64,000 nucleotides of DNA from Vermamoeba vermiformis (lineage: Eukaryota). A program made the position numbers and the translations under genes. The notes beneath the pieces were generated by a model. It searched no databases and was not told where the DNA came from. It saw only the letters and a program-made list of their open reading frames with translations. Location: the NCBI GenBank assembly GCA_045837725.1, contig JBEWZL010000145.1, positions 62,001-126,000 on the forward strand, given 5' to 3'. This document shows positions 50,312 through 64,000 of the stretch, one piece after another (position 1 is the first letter of the stretch; every line of letters begins with the position of its first letter).

Positions 50312-51551
50312 TTATTGTGTTTCATTAGTACTACTTTGGGCTGATATTTGATCGTAATCGTCTCGAATATCGCAATGGCCAGCAAGTTGGCTAATAAATG
50401 CTTTGAACTCATCGTCTACGGGTCTTAATAGTGTGACTTCTTTAAATACAGCGCTGCGGCTCTCTTCAACGTATTTGAACTTGACTTCAAACATTTTAAT
50501 CGACGGTACATTGTCCTCGCCGATCTTGGCTACAAACGATGAGACTTTCAACCTGGAAGACTCCGTTAGATATTTAACGATGAATTTGATCCATATATTG
50601 CGCGGATAATACAAAATAAAGAGTCTACATAACGATTAAGAATGGTCTTGATCCAGTACGCGATACCGAAAGACTATTACTCGTCTATTTAACACTTACT
50701 TGGTGATAGCGTAATACATCATGAGCACTAGTGCTTCATATCCTAGCCCTTTTCCGCGAGCGGTAGGCTCAGCAATCATAATTTCAATCTCAGCTTGATG
50801 GTCATCGTCGAAACTGTTGAAGAACAAATTGGTGTCCCCCACCATGCCTATAAATACATCAATATGACATATTATAGCAGCAGTATATGGATATTGGCCG
50901 TACCTCCGCCGTGCAAGCCTGTGCCGGGCGTATCTAATCGGATCCAAAATAACAAATTGCTTAGTAATGCACAAATCAACGCGTCATGCCATATAATTAC
51001 CTGGAATAGATCTGTCTAATATAATAAAAGTACATTCTATCATGAGGGTAGGGTTAGAAATGAAGAATTATGCAGTTGCGGCAACTTACTTTTTGGATCA
51101 TCGCGCCACGACTCTTGCATCTCGTATTCTTCCTCAATAGTCAAGGGCTCTGAAGCTGTTTTCTCTATTGAAAGGTTAATATGTTTTGAAGGGCGTTTCT
51201 TATAGCAAAACCGTTGTTTAATACCTTGCAACCACGGATCTTGCATCCTGAGTAAAATGATTAAAAAAATATTATTTGGATTACAAGTATTATAATTGCG
51301 TAAAATATTTGCGATCTGGAGCAGATCCAACAAAGTATTCGTTACAAAATTCGAAAAATAAACCAGGCCATTGTGCGTGTAGTATATTATGTATACATAC
51401 CATTTGTGATATAAATCCACGTGCTCTTTTCGATAGGGCACCAAAATGACTTTATTGCCGATCTGTCAAACAAAATCTGAGTTCACTCGCCCAATTTACC
51501 GACGTCATTTGCATTAATACTCACTATTCTAGTGTTATAATTATCTTTCAT
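50312..51551 (-). CDS. NAT9: N-acetyltransferase 9-like GNAT
   Basis: LVPYRKEHV, TASEPLTIEEEYEMQESW, MVGDTNLF, AEIEIMIAEP.ARGKGLG, SAVFKEV. Confidence 0.92.
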
Positions 51552-51665
51552 ATTTACAATTGTGCTCTTGATTCAGATACAAAAATAATTTTGGATCGTG
51601 TTTATTTCGATCAGATTCGTTTGGAGCGCGACCACGCGTGATTTTACAGTATTCATTCATTAGAT

Positions 51666-54201
51666 ATGCTTCAACGAGTATTGGGTGTAGTCGTTGCCCG
51701 CGGCTTCAAGCGACAGAACAAACGGATCGAGTGCAGCAGATCTCTCGAGTGGAGATTGCGCTCTCGTCAGATCTCCGTTTTAAACAAATTAAATACCAAT
51801 TTTAATACAACAGGTACGCACAACAATACATATTAGCGATATTTAAATCATCCTAGCAATTTTTTTTGATTATTTTTAATTTGGATCTGGTTGATCATAA
51901 AAGTGAACTCAACTTTCGTTACAAGTTATTAAATTATCGCAAATTACATATGCTAACACTAATAATAGTGACAGTATCATGCACCAACTCGTTCCTGTTC
52001 GGCACATCACAACAGTCAAGCAGATTTTACGCGGTTAAAAAAACTCGCGCAACAATGCAAGAAGAACACACACGTACGTCAATATCATCTTAAAAGTATT
52101 GTTTTCTCACAGTCGAATATTTACAGGCTTAGAGGCTGAGCTGGAAAGAATGCTTATGCTTGGAGATGTGGATGGAGCAAAAAAAGAAATTGAACAGTAC
52201 TTGGCTGAAGATCCAGAGAGTCCTGTAGGACATGTTATGATCACCAAGTACTATGTCAACACTAAGGACCGATCGCAAGCATTACAATACGCTTTGGATT
52301 GGCACAAAAGATCTCCATCCGATTTTTCAAATTTCAACTTGGCCTTTGTCTACTGGAATATGGATCAACCAGAGCTCGCCTTGCAATATATCAATAATAT
52401 AGTCGATGCTAGAGAAGAGATGTGGCTCGATTGGAAGTATTTGAAGGGAACTCTGTGTCTTCAAGTCAACGACTACAAATCCGCTTTGGATGCGATCAAT
52501 GAATCGATTATGATCAATCCTAAGCGTGCAGCTAGCTACAAGATCAAAGCACGTGCGCTTATGCACCTTGGAGAATATGTCCAAGCTGAAAAAGTGCTCA
52601 AAAAGCTTCTTAGTCAGACGGCGGATGTGGGCTGGTTCAGAGAATTGCTTGTGTTCCTTTGCGAGCATGGACAATACAGCCGCGTGCTTAAGTTGGTCAA
52701 GCAATATGAAAATGTGGATCATATAGAAGGTTTGGACGAAGTTTTGTTGTCTCAGTACAAGGCTTTGGCGCTCTTTCGATCGGGCAATCCGGATGAGGCC
52801 GCAGAAGTGTTAGAAGACTTGCAAGAGACTATAGAACTGCCTCTAGAATCACAAGCACTCCTATCCGAAATTTATATCTCACAAAGACCGCCGCAACTTC
52901 AAGAAGCCAAGACGCTGCTCGAATCCCTGATCGTCGAACAACCGCAACAGTCTTTGTGGTGGGAGAGACATGCTATGGTCTGTGCGCAACTTATGAACCA
53001 CGAAGCAGCTATTACGAGCATGAAACGAGCTGTTGAATTGAGTCCCGACAAGCCACATCTGTGGTTAGAACTCGCAGCAGTGACGCCAGATCTCAAGCAA
53101 AAACAAGTTGCATTGGATCAATACGCCAAGTCTGGTGGCAATAGTGCTGTGAGCCATTTAATAGCAGCAGATGTATCAGCTAAGCAGAACAAACTTGCCG
53201 AAGCCAGGCGACATCTGGCCGTCGCAGAACGAGTCAACAAAACATCGCAAGAACTCACGAGACTACAGTTTTTGAAGACTATTCAAGCTCTATATGCACA
53301 AATAAGAGATTATTCGAGCCAAGTCATGACGCTAGAAGAACTTTTGGAAGAAGCCAAATCCAAATCCGATCCGTACGAGCGATCTGAAGCAGAAAGATTG
53401 CTTATTGATGCGTACGTCAATTGGGAGAAGTTCGACGACGCCTTAGACCTCATCGAGAGCTACTTGCAGAACAAAGGCAAAGATGTTTTCAATATTTTGT
53501 TGCTGCGCACCGTTTGTTTTAGAAAGATGGGAGATCTCGAAAAAGCCGCGTTCAATTTGTCAGATCCGCGCTTGCAACGCGAGACATTCTCGAAGAATAG
53601 AGCAAAGATGTTCTATGAACGCGGTCTGATTTCCTTGGCCTCGCCGGAAGATGAAAATGCTGTGGCCCACGCTACGGAGTTCTTCCGCAAATCAACGGAG
53701 CTGGATCCGGAATTTGCAGCCGCGTGGGACCAACTCTGTCGATGCGTCATGTCACAAATAGGCGACCTTGACAAGACCCCCAATGCCTTAGAGCTCGTCG
53801 AAGAAGTGTTGGAAATGCACGTTCACATTCTCAATCTCGAGCCACACAATTGGGACACGTGGCTCAGACGTGCCTCGCTGCACTTAGCATTGGGACAGCG
53901 CGACGAGGCACGCATGAGTGTCAATAAGGTGCTCGAGGTGTACCCGAACAACGGCGTGGCCTTGCGACTGAAGAAAGACATCGACGAGTTCAAGATGACC
54001 AAAGCTATGCAACAAGAACTGGACAAGATGAAAGAGCGCAAAGAAAAGCAAGCCAAGGCACACGAGATGAAAGAAGCGCAATATGAAGAGCAACAACGTG
54101 AAGCTGAACGTGTCAGTCCTGATCACGTGCCGAGAGGATTTTCAGTGAACGAATTGACACCTGATCCGATGGCATTCAACTTCACCAAGTTCAAGAAATA
54201 A
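51666..54201 (+). CDS. TPR-repeat protein with probable mitochondrial presequence
   Basis: Repeated TPR-type helices (A.ELSPD, LDPEFAAAW, LEPHNWDTW); R/S-rich, acid-poor N-terminal exons. Confidence 0.8.
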
Positions 54202-54456
54202 GCTCGATATTGATATTGATGCTTCAATGACGATGAAATATCAATGGTATAGCTTCATATTATTCAGACCTTAATCGTGTCAGAAACAGATCTGACTCGG
54301 AACTCGATGATTTTTATTAAGGTCCTAATAGTACGTGACTCAATAAGTCGAATTGCTACGGACATTAACATTTGTTGCAGAATAAACGACCGTGCACAAT
54401 CGGAGTTGTCAATTCTCTGATAACGAAGCAAAGAAATAACGTATAAAAAAGAAGTT

Positions 54457-56461
54457 TTAATAATCGAAGTCGGAATCTTCCCCAAGTAAATCGTCCTTAT
54501 CAATCGTTACTTCGAGACCACGATTTATCCACACTTTATGTCGCATAACTAGATTGGGCAGCTCCGATTTTCTACAAATGTAATTAACATAATAATATGG
54601 CGCACATTATTCACTTTTAGACCTTACCGGAAGAAGTCAAAAGATTCGTCATAAATGTAGCTATCACTTTTGTGCACATTAGTAGGTCGAATCAAGCGGC
54701 AGTCCATAGACGCCGATTTATCGATGATTCTGATGTGCCAAATGTGCTGACTAAACTCCGGACCGTATCGGATCTCGTCATCGTCGATTACAACGCGTGC
54801 AAACGAAGGCAATTTAACGTACAAAAATGAATACCGGAATTTTCGAGTGAATATCCAGACAGTAGCTTAGTACTCTATTAATACGTATGGCATATATGGC
54901 GAAATATTCGTACCAGTGGTTTTTCTCGGAATTGGATTGACGGCAACAGTCAAACCAGGTGCTTTGGCCAAGTACTTCTCCCATTTCTTCGCTCGAAATA
55001 TATCTGGTACCAAAACTATAACGAGTTAAACGATAAGATTGCACTCCTATTATCTTACTTAAGGTTTTCAAGTCGTGTTTTTGCGTGCGTTTCAAACTGG
55101 CCAAAATCAATCCGATCACTTTGAGGGAAGTTAGATCCAACAGCAAAAGACTTAATACTATAGCTTTACCTTCAAACGCTGCGCATCTCAATGATCTGGA
55201 GAAGATCATCCCAGCTAAAGGACGTTAAACGTATGTCAAGGGTAGTTCAATGAATTACCTGAAGCTGACATCGGGATCGCGCACTCTCGCCGTTCACTGC
55301 CGTGAATTACCTCGCATTGAGGGTATTTGATGAACAGTGGTGAGTTAGGGACCGCTCTCGTTGGGTATAAATTAAATGCTGAGATAGGGATTAGTATCAG
55401 TTATTAAAAGGGGAAAACAAGCAGATCGTACGCTCCTTGGTCTCAGCCTTCAACATCCATTGCACGGCTTGTAACTGATATTTCGTGAGAGGAAAAGATG
55501 ACGGCAAATTAAGCGTGTTTTGAACAGTCGGGTCGTAACTCTGGTTAGGTTAGAACAACAACCGTTCAAGGCCTAGAAATTGGTTGTAGCACTTGCCTCG
55601 TAATATGTTTTGGAAGATATCGTAGTACTCATTGCCAGCTCCTCTAATCGCTTCATTATACCCTGCGGTAGCTTGCCGCCTCCACGAAGAAATTCTATGA
55701 CCCTAATTAATACTCTTAGTGCAAGATTTTGGATTAGACTGAATAGCTATTCAGTTGATATCTATATATTATAGATTTTATATTGTTGGATTAACTTAGT
55801 AAAATATTAAGGAACATTTCACTTATTGTTATCGACTTTAATGTGAAAGTTATCAATTTATCAATAACGAAATACCATGTGACATACCTATTATAGCGCA
55901 GATAGGTGTGCAAATTGCGAGAGACATCCTCGCGCAACTCGATGTAGTTTTTTGTGAGATGAGTATCAATAGGTAAATTCTGCAAAGCAAATCAGTAATG
56001 AAAGTGCAAATATTGTTGTTCTTTCAATATACCACTTCTATAGTCTGGCGCTCGTATTCTCCGTCTTTCTTTAATATTTTTAGCTCAATTTTCGTGGGCA
56101 CTAGTTCTTCCTTTTTGGGTTTGCCATCGTCTTCTTCGCTCTCTTCTTCACGGTAATATTTGCCGTCATCATCTATGCATAGAATATTAAACCTAGGTAC
56201 CTTAAAGCGACTCGTACAAATGGTGGAGATCCGTAAGACAGCCAAGGAGTCGTCATTTGCACATTGAGACCACTCTCGACAAACTGCTGCACAATGGCGC
56301 AATGAAGTGTAATTAAGCTTATCAAATATACGCAACAACATTTCAGGCGCCATAAACGACCAATAGGGTTGGTTTGCGTTTGGATCCGATCCGAAAGCCG
56401 ATTTCTCAATCTTAGCTCTTTTGTTTGGCTTAAATGCCTTCCAAGTGCTACGTCTCTTCAT
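54457..56461 (-). CDS. F-box protein
   Basis: WSFMAPEMLLRIFDKL..LRHCAAVCREWSQCANDDSL; downstream exons inferred, 3' end approximate. Confidence 0.7.
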
Positions 56462-56688
56462 CTTCTTTTTTTGTCAACTACTTGTAAACTAATTTGCAGC
56501 GCAGAAATTTTTCTTTTTTGTCGAACGTACCTGATTGGTCAGTTTGAGACACAATATCCACAGTACAACTACAACGTAACAATACTGCCGTACATTAAAC
56601 CTGCTTTATTAGTGAGTTATTAAATACAATTTGGTCCAAAAATGCCAGCCTTAAGATCTATGTCACATTAATAGTATTCGAGCCTTGC

Positions 56689-58651
56689 CTAGATACGATG
56701 CAAGTACGAGCCAGCCTTAGTCAAGTATCGCACCCACTGTTCGTGCCATGGTTAGTTAAGCACGAGTATATAGTATAAAAGCAAACACTTACTTTGACCG
56801 CATTATATCCACTTCGTTCAATGACTCGCAAGTAGCGGATCTGCAAACCTGAAGCAGCAAACATCGGTACTTGGAACTCCATTTGAATAGGAGGACGAGA
56901 CCACGCCTTCTTCTCGACAGAGACGTTTGAGATTAACTCAATACGGGCCTGCAAGGTGTACTCGGTCATACCCGGGAATCGACGGATCCTGTCATTTTTG
57001 CAAGTTAGTACCGAGCCTTATATTACTGATTGGTGTATATAACGTACTTCCACACGATGCCGCCAGCGTCAGCGTTGTATTTAGCCTTGCCCGCACCCTT
57101 AATCGCAATCTTGCAGGTAGCTGTATTAACACCAATTAGTACGCCAACCACGACTAGCGAGACCAACACGAGCACGTACCTGTGTTCTTCGGGGTCGGGA
57201 TTTTAATGATGACATTAGCGCCGTTCAATTTAGCGTTGAAAGTCGATTTAACGGTGACATCGGCTTCAATTCTGTTGCGACTGACTTCAGTGACGTTAGA
57301 AATAACTCTGAACGGGGAGCTGATGTTTTCAGTGGTGCGGTATCTGTTGTATAATGTTAGAAGGCCTCGGTCTAGTTCTATCGTGCAGCACTTACCGCAT
57401 CAATTCGAATTCACCGTCAGGAGGCACGAAGCTGATAGTACGGTCAGCGTCAAATCGGCCCAACTTGACACATTGGTGCATGGTCACGTCATCGAGTTCA
57501 ATGCCAGAAGCGGTCTTAGGCCTAACAATGCATCAATAAGACCTAGTTCTAGGGCTTGGAACATCATCTAGCCGCTTACTTTTTGCCCATCTTGGTCTCC
57601 TTGTCCAACAAAATCTTGTCGTTCATGCCCAATTTGCACTCGGGCATGCCGCTCAGTTGTGTCTTCATCATAATTTGACCAGTAACATCGGCCTTCAACA
57701 CGTTGCCTAATTCAATGTTAGCCCGACATCTACTTTGCGAGCAATGTATTATAATAGAGTTAGTCTCGTACCTGCAGTCGACATGAGTAAGTTGACTGAC
57801 TCGATGACGTCAATATAAATTTCGTTTCTTTTGTATCGGAGATCAACGGGACGCCACGGCAATTGACCTGTAATTACATGCGATGAGTTTTTAAGCCTTT
57901 TTTGGATCATTGAACGTACCGGTAGTTTGAATTGTGATTTGAGAGATCTGGTCCTCACGAGCCTGCATTCAACGATTAAATAATGCAACAATAATGTAAT
58001 GACTAGAGTATTTTACCTTTTTAATAGCCTTGCTTTGTGTAGTGATAAGATTTTTAATTGAATCCGCATCCGTATTTTGAGGGAAACCGTAATCGAGGAT
58101 TTCTGTACGAATACGAAAATAAATTAGTAATTATTTTAATAGCAATATATTTACTATTAATAATCGATTTTGAATTGATGAGTTAAATTGAAAAATTTCT
58201 CCTACCTTCTACGACCTCAACTACTGTAACAATATTATCTTTGACACTCTCTTCGTCAAAAGAACCAAAGTATGACTTGAAGATTTTAATAAGAGCGTAT
58301 AATACTTCGAAAATTCCGGTGGCATCTGAGTTGTCCTTGGTAACAGCGACTATATAGAGATCCTTGTCACGCACGTGAACAAAAGAAGTATCTCCTATTT
58401 GTTTTAAAGGTGAACGTTGATCTTTTGATGTCACTACTTGTAATCTGAACGCTTCAGCGATTCCTTTGCTGCATTCAAAAAAAAAATTAATAATTAAATT
58501 TCAAAATAAGCTGTAATAAAATGAATAATAAATATGCCGTGTATGATGCACAATACTAATATATTTGATATCTTTACCTGACGCCGTCACGATAAACCTG
58601 ATTTAATAATACATCTCCTTTTTGCGTGATAATAAACAAGGCGTAAATCAT
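56689..58651 (-). CDS. AP2M1: Adaptor protein complex AP-2 mu subunit
   Basis: [74 protein letters not shown]. Confidence 0.9.
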
Positions 58652-58921
58652 TTTCAAGCCTGGACTAATAAATAAATACTATGCTACACAAGACAACGCT
58701 ACGGATCAATAACGCGTTGTGTTCTATTCGTTGGACAATGAGCTTTCGGCAATAAAATTGAAAAAGATTTTTTTTCTCGTTTTGCGATGAAAACTCGCGT
58801 AAAACTTCTTATTCAACTTCACTAAAGAGCGCAAGTAGACAACTAACAATAAATTATTGATAAGATTTATGTCGGACTGTACAAGACATAAAGGTGCTTC
58901 AAGCTACGTTGGATCGAGTTT

Positions 58922-61900
58922 TTAAGCTTTGAAAAAGGCGCTCAACTCCTTGATCAGCGCGTCACCAAGAGCAATGTCGTTGCTCTTAATAGCCACAGCG
59001 AGAGAGTTAGGACCACCCTCTTCCTTGATCAACACAGCCACGTGATGGCCCATCGTGGTCTTGCCGTACATTGACGCGCGATCAGCTGTTTCTTCAACGC
59101 GCGATACGCCGAACAAACCAAGAATATCAGCAACTGCAGCCTTGAGCGATCTGGTGGTGATTGAAGTGGCGTTGAGCGACAAGTTGGGCACTGAAGTCAA
59201 CAGCTTGACGAATCCCTCGCGAGTCAAGGATTGCGGCAAAATGAACGACGACGAGGGCAAGTTGAGCGAGAATTCTTTCTTGGCTTGCTCGCCTGACTTG
59301 GCTTGAGCAGGCTGTAATAATACATGTTAGTATCGCTCTCGTATAAGTATCTTGATATGCATCTCAGAGGAGCGCAAGGCTGAGATTCTGAGATCGGATG
59401 CGAGACTTACCATTTGCAAGTAGGTGAGCTGTCCGCCCAAGTTAAGTGGGTTGACGCAGCTCTGTGCATTAAACATGACACGGAAGCTGTGAGTTTGGTT
59501 GGCTTGGATCGAGGCAACGACGAAGATCGGGCTCTTGGCTACGGGCTGAAGAACTGGATGATCGGCAAAGTTGAGTTCAACATGATACACAGGGGCGGCT
59601 TTAGTCTTGAAGTTAAAGACTACTAAGATCTTGTTGGCCTCCTTCGGGCTAACTTTAGTTGTGTAAGTCTAAAAAAGGTTTGTTAGATATGCTGGATGTA
59701 AAAATAGTTCGAGCAAGCAAAAAATACTTACAACTTCGAGGAGATCATCCTTGACGAGGGTCTTGGTGCGCAACTTATCATCGGCAGTGGTAACAGGTGC
59801 GGCAGCCTTAGGAGCGCTAAATAAACGGTTAGAAAGCAAGCCGGATGCACCCGATCTTGTTCAGGTTGACTTACGCTTGAGGAACACCCTTCTTAGGAGC
59901 AGGACGCTAGACAACGAATATTAATACTCCGACAAGGTGTGCTAACATGGCTGATACTTACTCCTGTGGGAGAATCAATGCTGCCGACTTCTTGGAACGT
60001 TCCGCGACCAGAGCCAGCGGATCCAGAAGAGCTTGTGCGTGAGAGAGGACCAGTGGGGGACTTGGCGCCACCAAGGCTGCCGAGCATGTAGTCAGTGGCC
60101 TTGTCGTCCTTGGGTGACTTGGCGGGTGAAGGCGAAGGAGTCTTGGTCGGTGCGGGTGTAACGGCTTTGGGTCTGGCGGGATCGGGCTTCTTGACGTCAA
60201 TAGGAACCACGCGGTGTTGGCGCTATCAAAATAGGTTAGAGGCATACTTAATTAATGGATTGCTACGTACCACAGGCAGAGTTTCGTTCGAGCTGATGTT
60301 GCTCAGATCGACGCCGCTCAAAGCGTTCTTCATGCCAGATTCGGACCTGTTGTTCTTCTCATCATCGCTATCACCACCAGCACCTTCAGGCATGTCTTCA
60401 GTAGTCATGACAGTGTAGACCTTCTTGGTCTTAGCAGCACCGCCACGTTTAGGCTTGCGGTACTTGTTGTTCAACGCGCCTTCTTCGAGACCAAGATCGG
60501 CACCTGACAAACGTTGAACAGGAGTACCTTCATCGTCGTCGTCATCACCAAGGCCCAACTCCTCGCCCAAGTAGTGAGGGTTGGCAGCCATATTGCGACG
60601 ACGAGCTTCACGTTGCTAAACAAAAAAAGTCAGATGTGTTGCTTCAAAACGGATCTGTTTGACTTACTCGTTGGCGTTCCTCGGGGTCAATAGCCTTGTA
60701 CTCAGCTCGACCTTCTTCTTCCCATTCAGCCCATTCGCCCTTATCGTTGCGCTGGGGTTCGTCGAAGGACATTGGCGGCTCTTCAGGAGCAGGCTCAATG
60801 ATCCAGGCATCGAGATCCAAGCCTTGAGGCACTTGAACCTTGCGTTGAGCCTTGCTGCTAACAGGGTTCAGAGGATCATCGCTCAAAACGAAGAACTCGT
60901 CCAAGTGAGAATCTTCCTTGGCCTCGCGTTGTTCCTTTAGCAGCTTGAGCAAAACTTCCAAGAAGCAAGCACGTTCTTGCACTTCCAAGTGGACGGAGCG
61001 AGTGAAGAGAGGCAAGCGGCCTTCAACCAATTGAATGGCAATGTCGAGGTCGTGAGCAGCCTTTTGTCTGTTCTCCTCAGTCTCGCCGGCATTGGTGGCA
61101 AAGGCAGCGAGCTTAGTGACGAGCTTGAGCACGTTCTGCATGTAGATGCTTTGAACGGTGGCCGACAAAGCAGCGGCACGAGGTTGCAGGAGTGACTCGA
61201 GTGCAGGCAAGAAATCTTCAACGGATGAGGCGTACTCACCAACGATGAAGGCAGCAGCGTAGAGCACTTCAGTCATGGAGTCGTTGCTGTTCAACAAGAC
61301 AGGATCGCGCAAGACGTTGATCTAGAACTCGGGTCAGTACTGCATACGTTTAAAGGCGTCCTTTGAGTCACTTACCATGTTCTCAACGGCAAATTGTCTG
61401 ATGACGTGGACACGCACGCAGACGTCGAGGAGCTGGTCCTTGACGAGCTTACCGTGACGAGTGCCTTGAACATGACTGAGCTCCAACAAAGTGGCGATGT
61501 ACCACTCAAAGTCAGTGATGTACGCGTAGTTGTCGCGCGAGCACACACTAATGACCTTCTCGAGCAACTCGTCCTTGTAGCTGCCGTCAGCGTTGTTCAA
61601 GTGCTCGATCAACTTCTTGACGATCAAGCCCAAGTTCTTCTTGGTGACCATGGAGGACAAGAGGTCCAAGGCGCGCATGCGAATAGTCACGTCTTCGTCT
61701 TCCAAGCAGCTAACAACGACGTCACGGTGCTCAGCAACACCCTTAGGGAACACGCGCATAATGTTGTTCATGGCGAGCAGACCCAAGTACTTCAAGTTGG
61801 GGTCAGGGTGCTCGATAAATGTGCGCAACTTGCCAATGCACAGACGCATGACTTGCTCGTACTCGCTCAAGCCACAGATGCACGCTTGAATGACTTCGTA

Positions 61901-63169
61901 GAGCAAGGACATGGCAGCCGTGGTGTTGATGAGGGTGGTGAATGGCTCAATCAACTTCTTGGCCAAACGAGGCTCGTGGGGAGCAAGCAAAGCGAACTAG
62001 ATGAGGAAAGTGCACGTGTTATTGTGGCTATATTGTGATTAAACAGTGAAGTATTACGTACCAACTTGATGACCTTGATCAACATCCAGTTGTTGCTGGA
62101 CTTTGAAAGCAACTTGTACAAAGTTGGCGCCAAAACGAGGTAGCTCTTAGGATTGGACTTGGCAAGTTCGCAGAAGACGTTAACGGCAGCGCTGACGACG
62201 GCTTTACGCAGGTGTTAGTAATATTCCCTTGACTTAACTAAAATTGAAATAAAGAAGCTTACCAGGATCGGGATCCTCGAGCTTGTCTTTCAATCTGTTG
62301 AAGCTAGGTCGAAGAGCATCAGGGAACTTCAAGAAGATCTTGTACAAGACCAAGACAGCCTTCTTGCGGATATAAGGTCGCGAGCTGGTGAGCATAGAAA
62401 CCACATCCGGTGCCAAGTCTCTAGCAAGATCTGGAGTGCAGATGTTGCCGAGACAGTTCAAGGCCATACCGGCCTCGTATAAGCTCTTGCCCATAAAGTC
62501 CTACGAATATAATATTGAGTTCTCCGTCGTTATCAATTTCAGATCCTGAGAATTAGAGAGTAACGTTGCAATATTGCGAATTGTAGTCTTATATTATTGA
62601 GTGCATTATTCATTTGTATTTCCACGAAGGAGAGCGATTAAATACCTTCTTAATCAAGTTGGTGGTCAACATTGTGACATCCGTGTTCTCGTCGAAGCTT
62701 TGAGAGGCAGCACTATAAGCAATTCGCTTATTGGTGAACGATTGGAAGCTCATTACTTCTACGACATTGAAAGCAGCCCATTTCATGTCATAGCCCAGCA
62801 TCTGGAGCTGTTTCATTGAAAAAAAATTAGAAAATATCCCCAAATTATTATTTATGGTCTGATATAGTTAAAAAATAGCGTATTATTATTATGCGCGAGG
62901 GATACGCCGTAAGTTAATTTTTGTTAGTGAACTGATAGGAAAGAAATCTGATGGCAATAATCTTTTTGCCATTTATAATTATTCAATTATTATATTATAA
63001 TTAATATACTCACGTAAGTCAATTTTTGAACGGCAATAGACTTAACGCTCTTGCTATCGGATTTGAGCTCCTCTTTTATTTCTTGAATGCATTGGCTGAT
63101 ATACTGTCCTTCATTCGCTTTATGGCTGCGAATGCCAGTAATAAGATCAGTTAAATTCTTTTTGAACAT
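58922..63169 (-). CDS. AP3D1: Adaptor protein complex AP-3 delta subunit
   Basis: MFKKNLTDLITGIRSH, MLGYDMKWAAFNVVEVMS, PDLARDLA, SSNNWMLIK, EPRLAKKLIEP, DFEWYI, LEVQERAC, AQRKVQVPQGLDLDAWI. Confidence 0.96.
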
Positions 63170-63304
63170 AGCTGGGCCTCTATTGAACAAAATACGATGA
63201 AATTAGATTTTTTCAGATCCGCTTTTTGGTCAATTCGGAAATGGCACGAAACATTTCCATTTCGCAACAAAAGTGCAAACCAAACGATAGAGGTCATATT
63301 CGTT

Positions 63305-64000
63305 TTATTTTACAGGTTCATCAGGAAATTCTTGATTCTCTTTCAGAACTTGCCTGACATTAATGTTGATCCGCGAGTCTTTCAAATATTCTATCACTGC
63401 GCGTTGTGAGGCAGTTGAAGCTGCATCTACAAGCTCAACTGGAAGTGTATCTTCGATTATACGAGGCACACCGTGCATAAATAGCCGAGAATCGCCTCCC
63501 ATAAGGACCACATCTCCACTCCGAACAAAAAGTGCGACTGGTTCAACGTCTTTGGTCTTGCCACCAATTAAAAATACAGCACTATGACCAAGACTACGAA
63601 AAATTGTCAGTTAAGATGCTGCTACACTTATTGTAAAGGAGATCTCGTACCTTATCGAAATAACTGGTGACTCGAAATCGAATTCTACGTCATCTAAATG
63701 CCCACAGAGGAATGAATCTAGAATTTGACCGTAATTAGAAAGACTTTTTCATTTAACTAAGAGTATTGCATAAAGTCTGAGAATTAAGTATCATGTACTG
63801 GCATTAGACTGTCTAATATGAAATTATTTTTAGACAAAAGTATACCTAAGTGATAGTAATTTACAATAGCAGCTTCAGGAATGATACGAGTGTCAGCCCA
63901 AGTTGCGATCTGCTTGTTGAGTTCAAAGAGGTCACTGGGGAATGGACTGTGATGCTCTTTTTGATAAATCCTCTTCGTCCAATTGTAATGATAGCCTAAT
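63305..64000 (-). CDS. ALKBH1: AlkB homolog 1-like dioxygenase, 3' portion (runs off the window)
   Basis: EAAIVNYY, GHLDDVE, RSGDVVLMGGDSRLFMHGVPRI, RININVRQV. Confidence 0.88.

Noticed and set aside
61394-62038. Long antisense ORFs opposite AP3D1, RPS5 and gene C
   Set aside because: Shadow ORFs caused by codon bias or repeats of the real gene on the other strand.
56689-63169. AP-2 mu adjacent to AP-3 delta; also two AlkB homologs in the window
   Set aside because: Subunits of different complexes and distant paralogs; chance adjacency in a compact genome is sufficient.

Overview
Gene-dense, intron-rich eukaryotic (protist, probably amoebozoan-like; inferred) genomic window in the standard genetic code. 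Bases 1-9.5 kb are a transposon-rich, partly CpG-depleted block. It holds an apparently intact 6170-bp Sola-like DNA transposon (211-6380; 42-bp TIRs, ACTA target-site duplication) whose 9-exon gene splices a USP-like deubiquitinase domain, a DDD transposase and a chromodomain into one 948-aa frame, plus a divergent second gene with a possible BAH-like domain. Degraded tyrosine-recombinase retroelement remnants follow. At 13.9-23.3 kb a three-gene cassette is tandemly duplicated: a type II membrane AAA+ pseudo-ATPase resembling the torsin cofactors LAP1/LULL1, a head-to-head membrane-anchored Walker A/B AAA+ ATPase, and an intronless type I membrane protein with a 7-Cys ectodomain. This cassette is the best candidate for an undescribed system. 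The rest is mostly housekeeping genes: RPS5, Ap4A phosphorylase, two F-box proteins, TPS, NUBP2, a STE20-type kinase, PIGN, ALKBH6, an RNF126-like ligase, ALDH, bZIP, NAT9, a TPR protein, AP-2 mu, AP-3 delta and partial ALKBH1. A degenerate G-alpha-like mini-protein also lies there. All family assignments come from motif recognition by eye, not from database searches.
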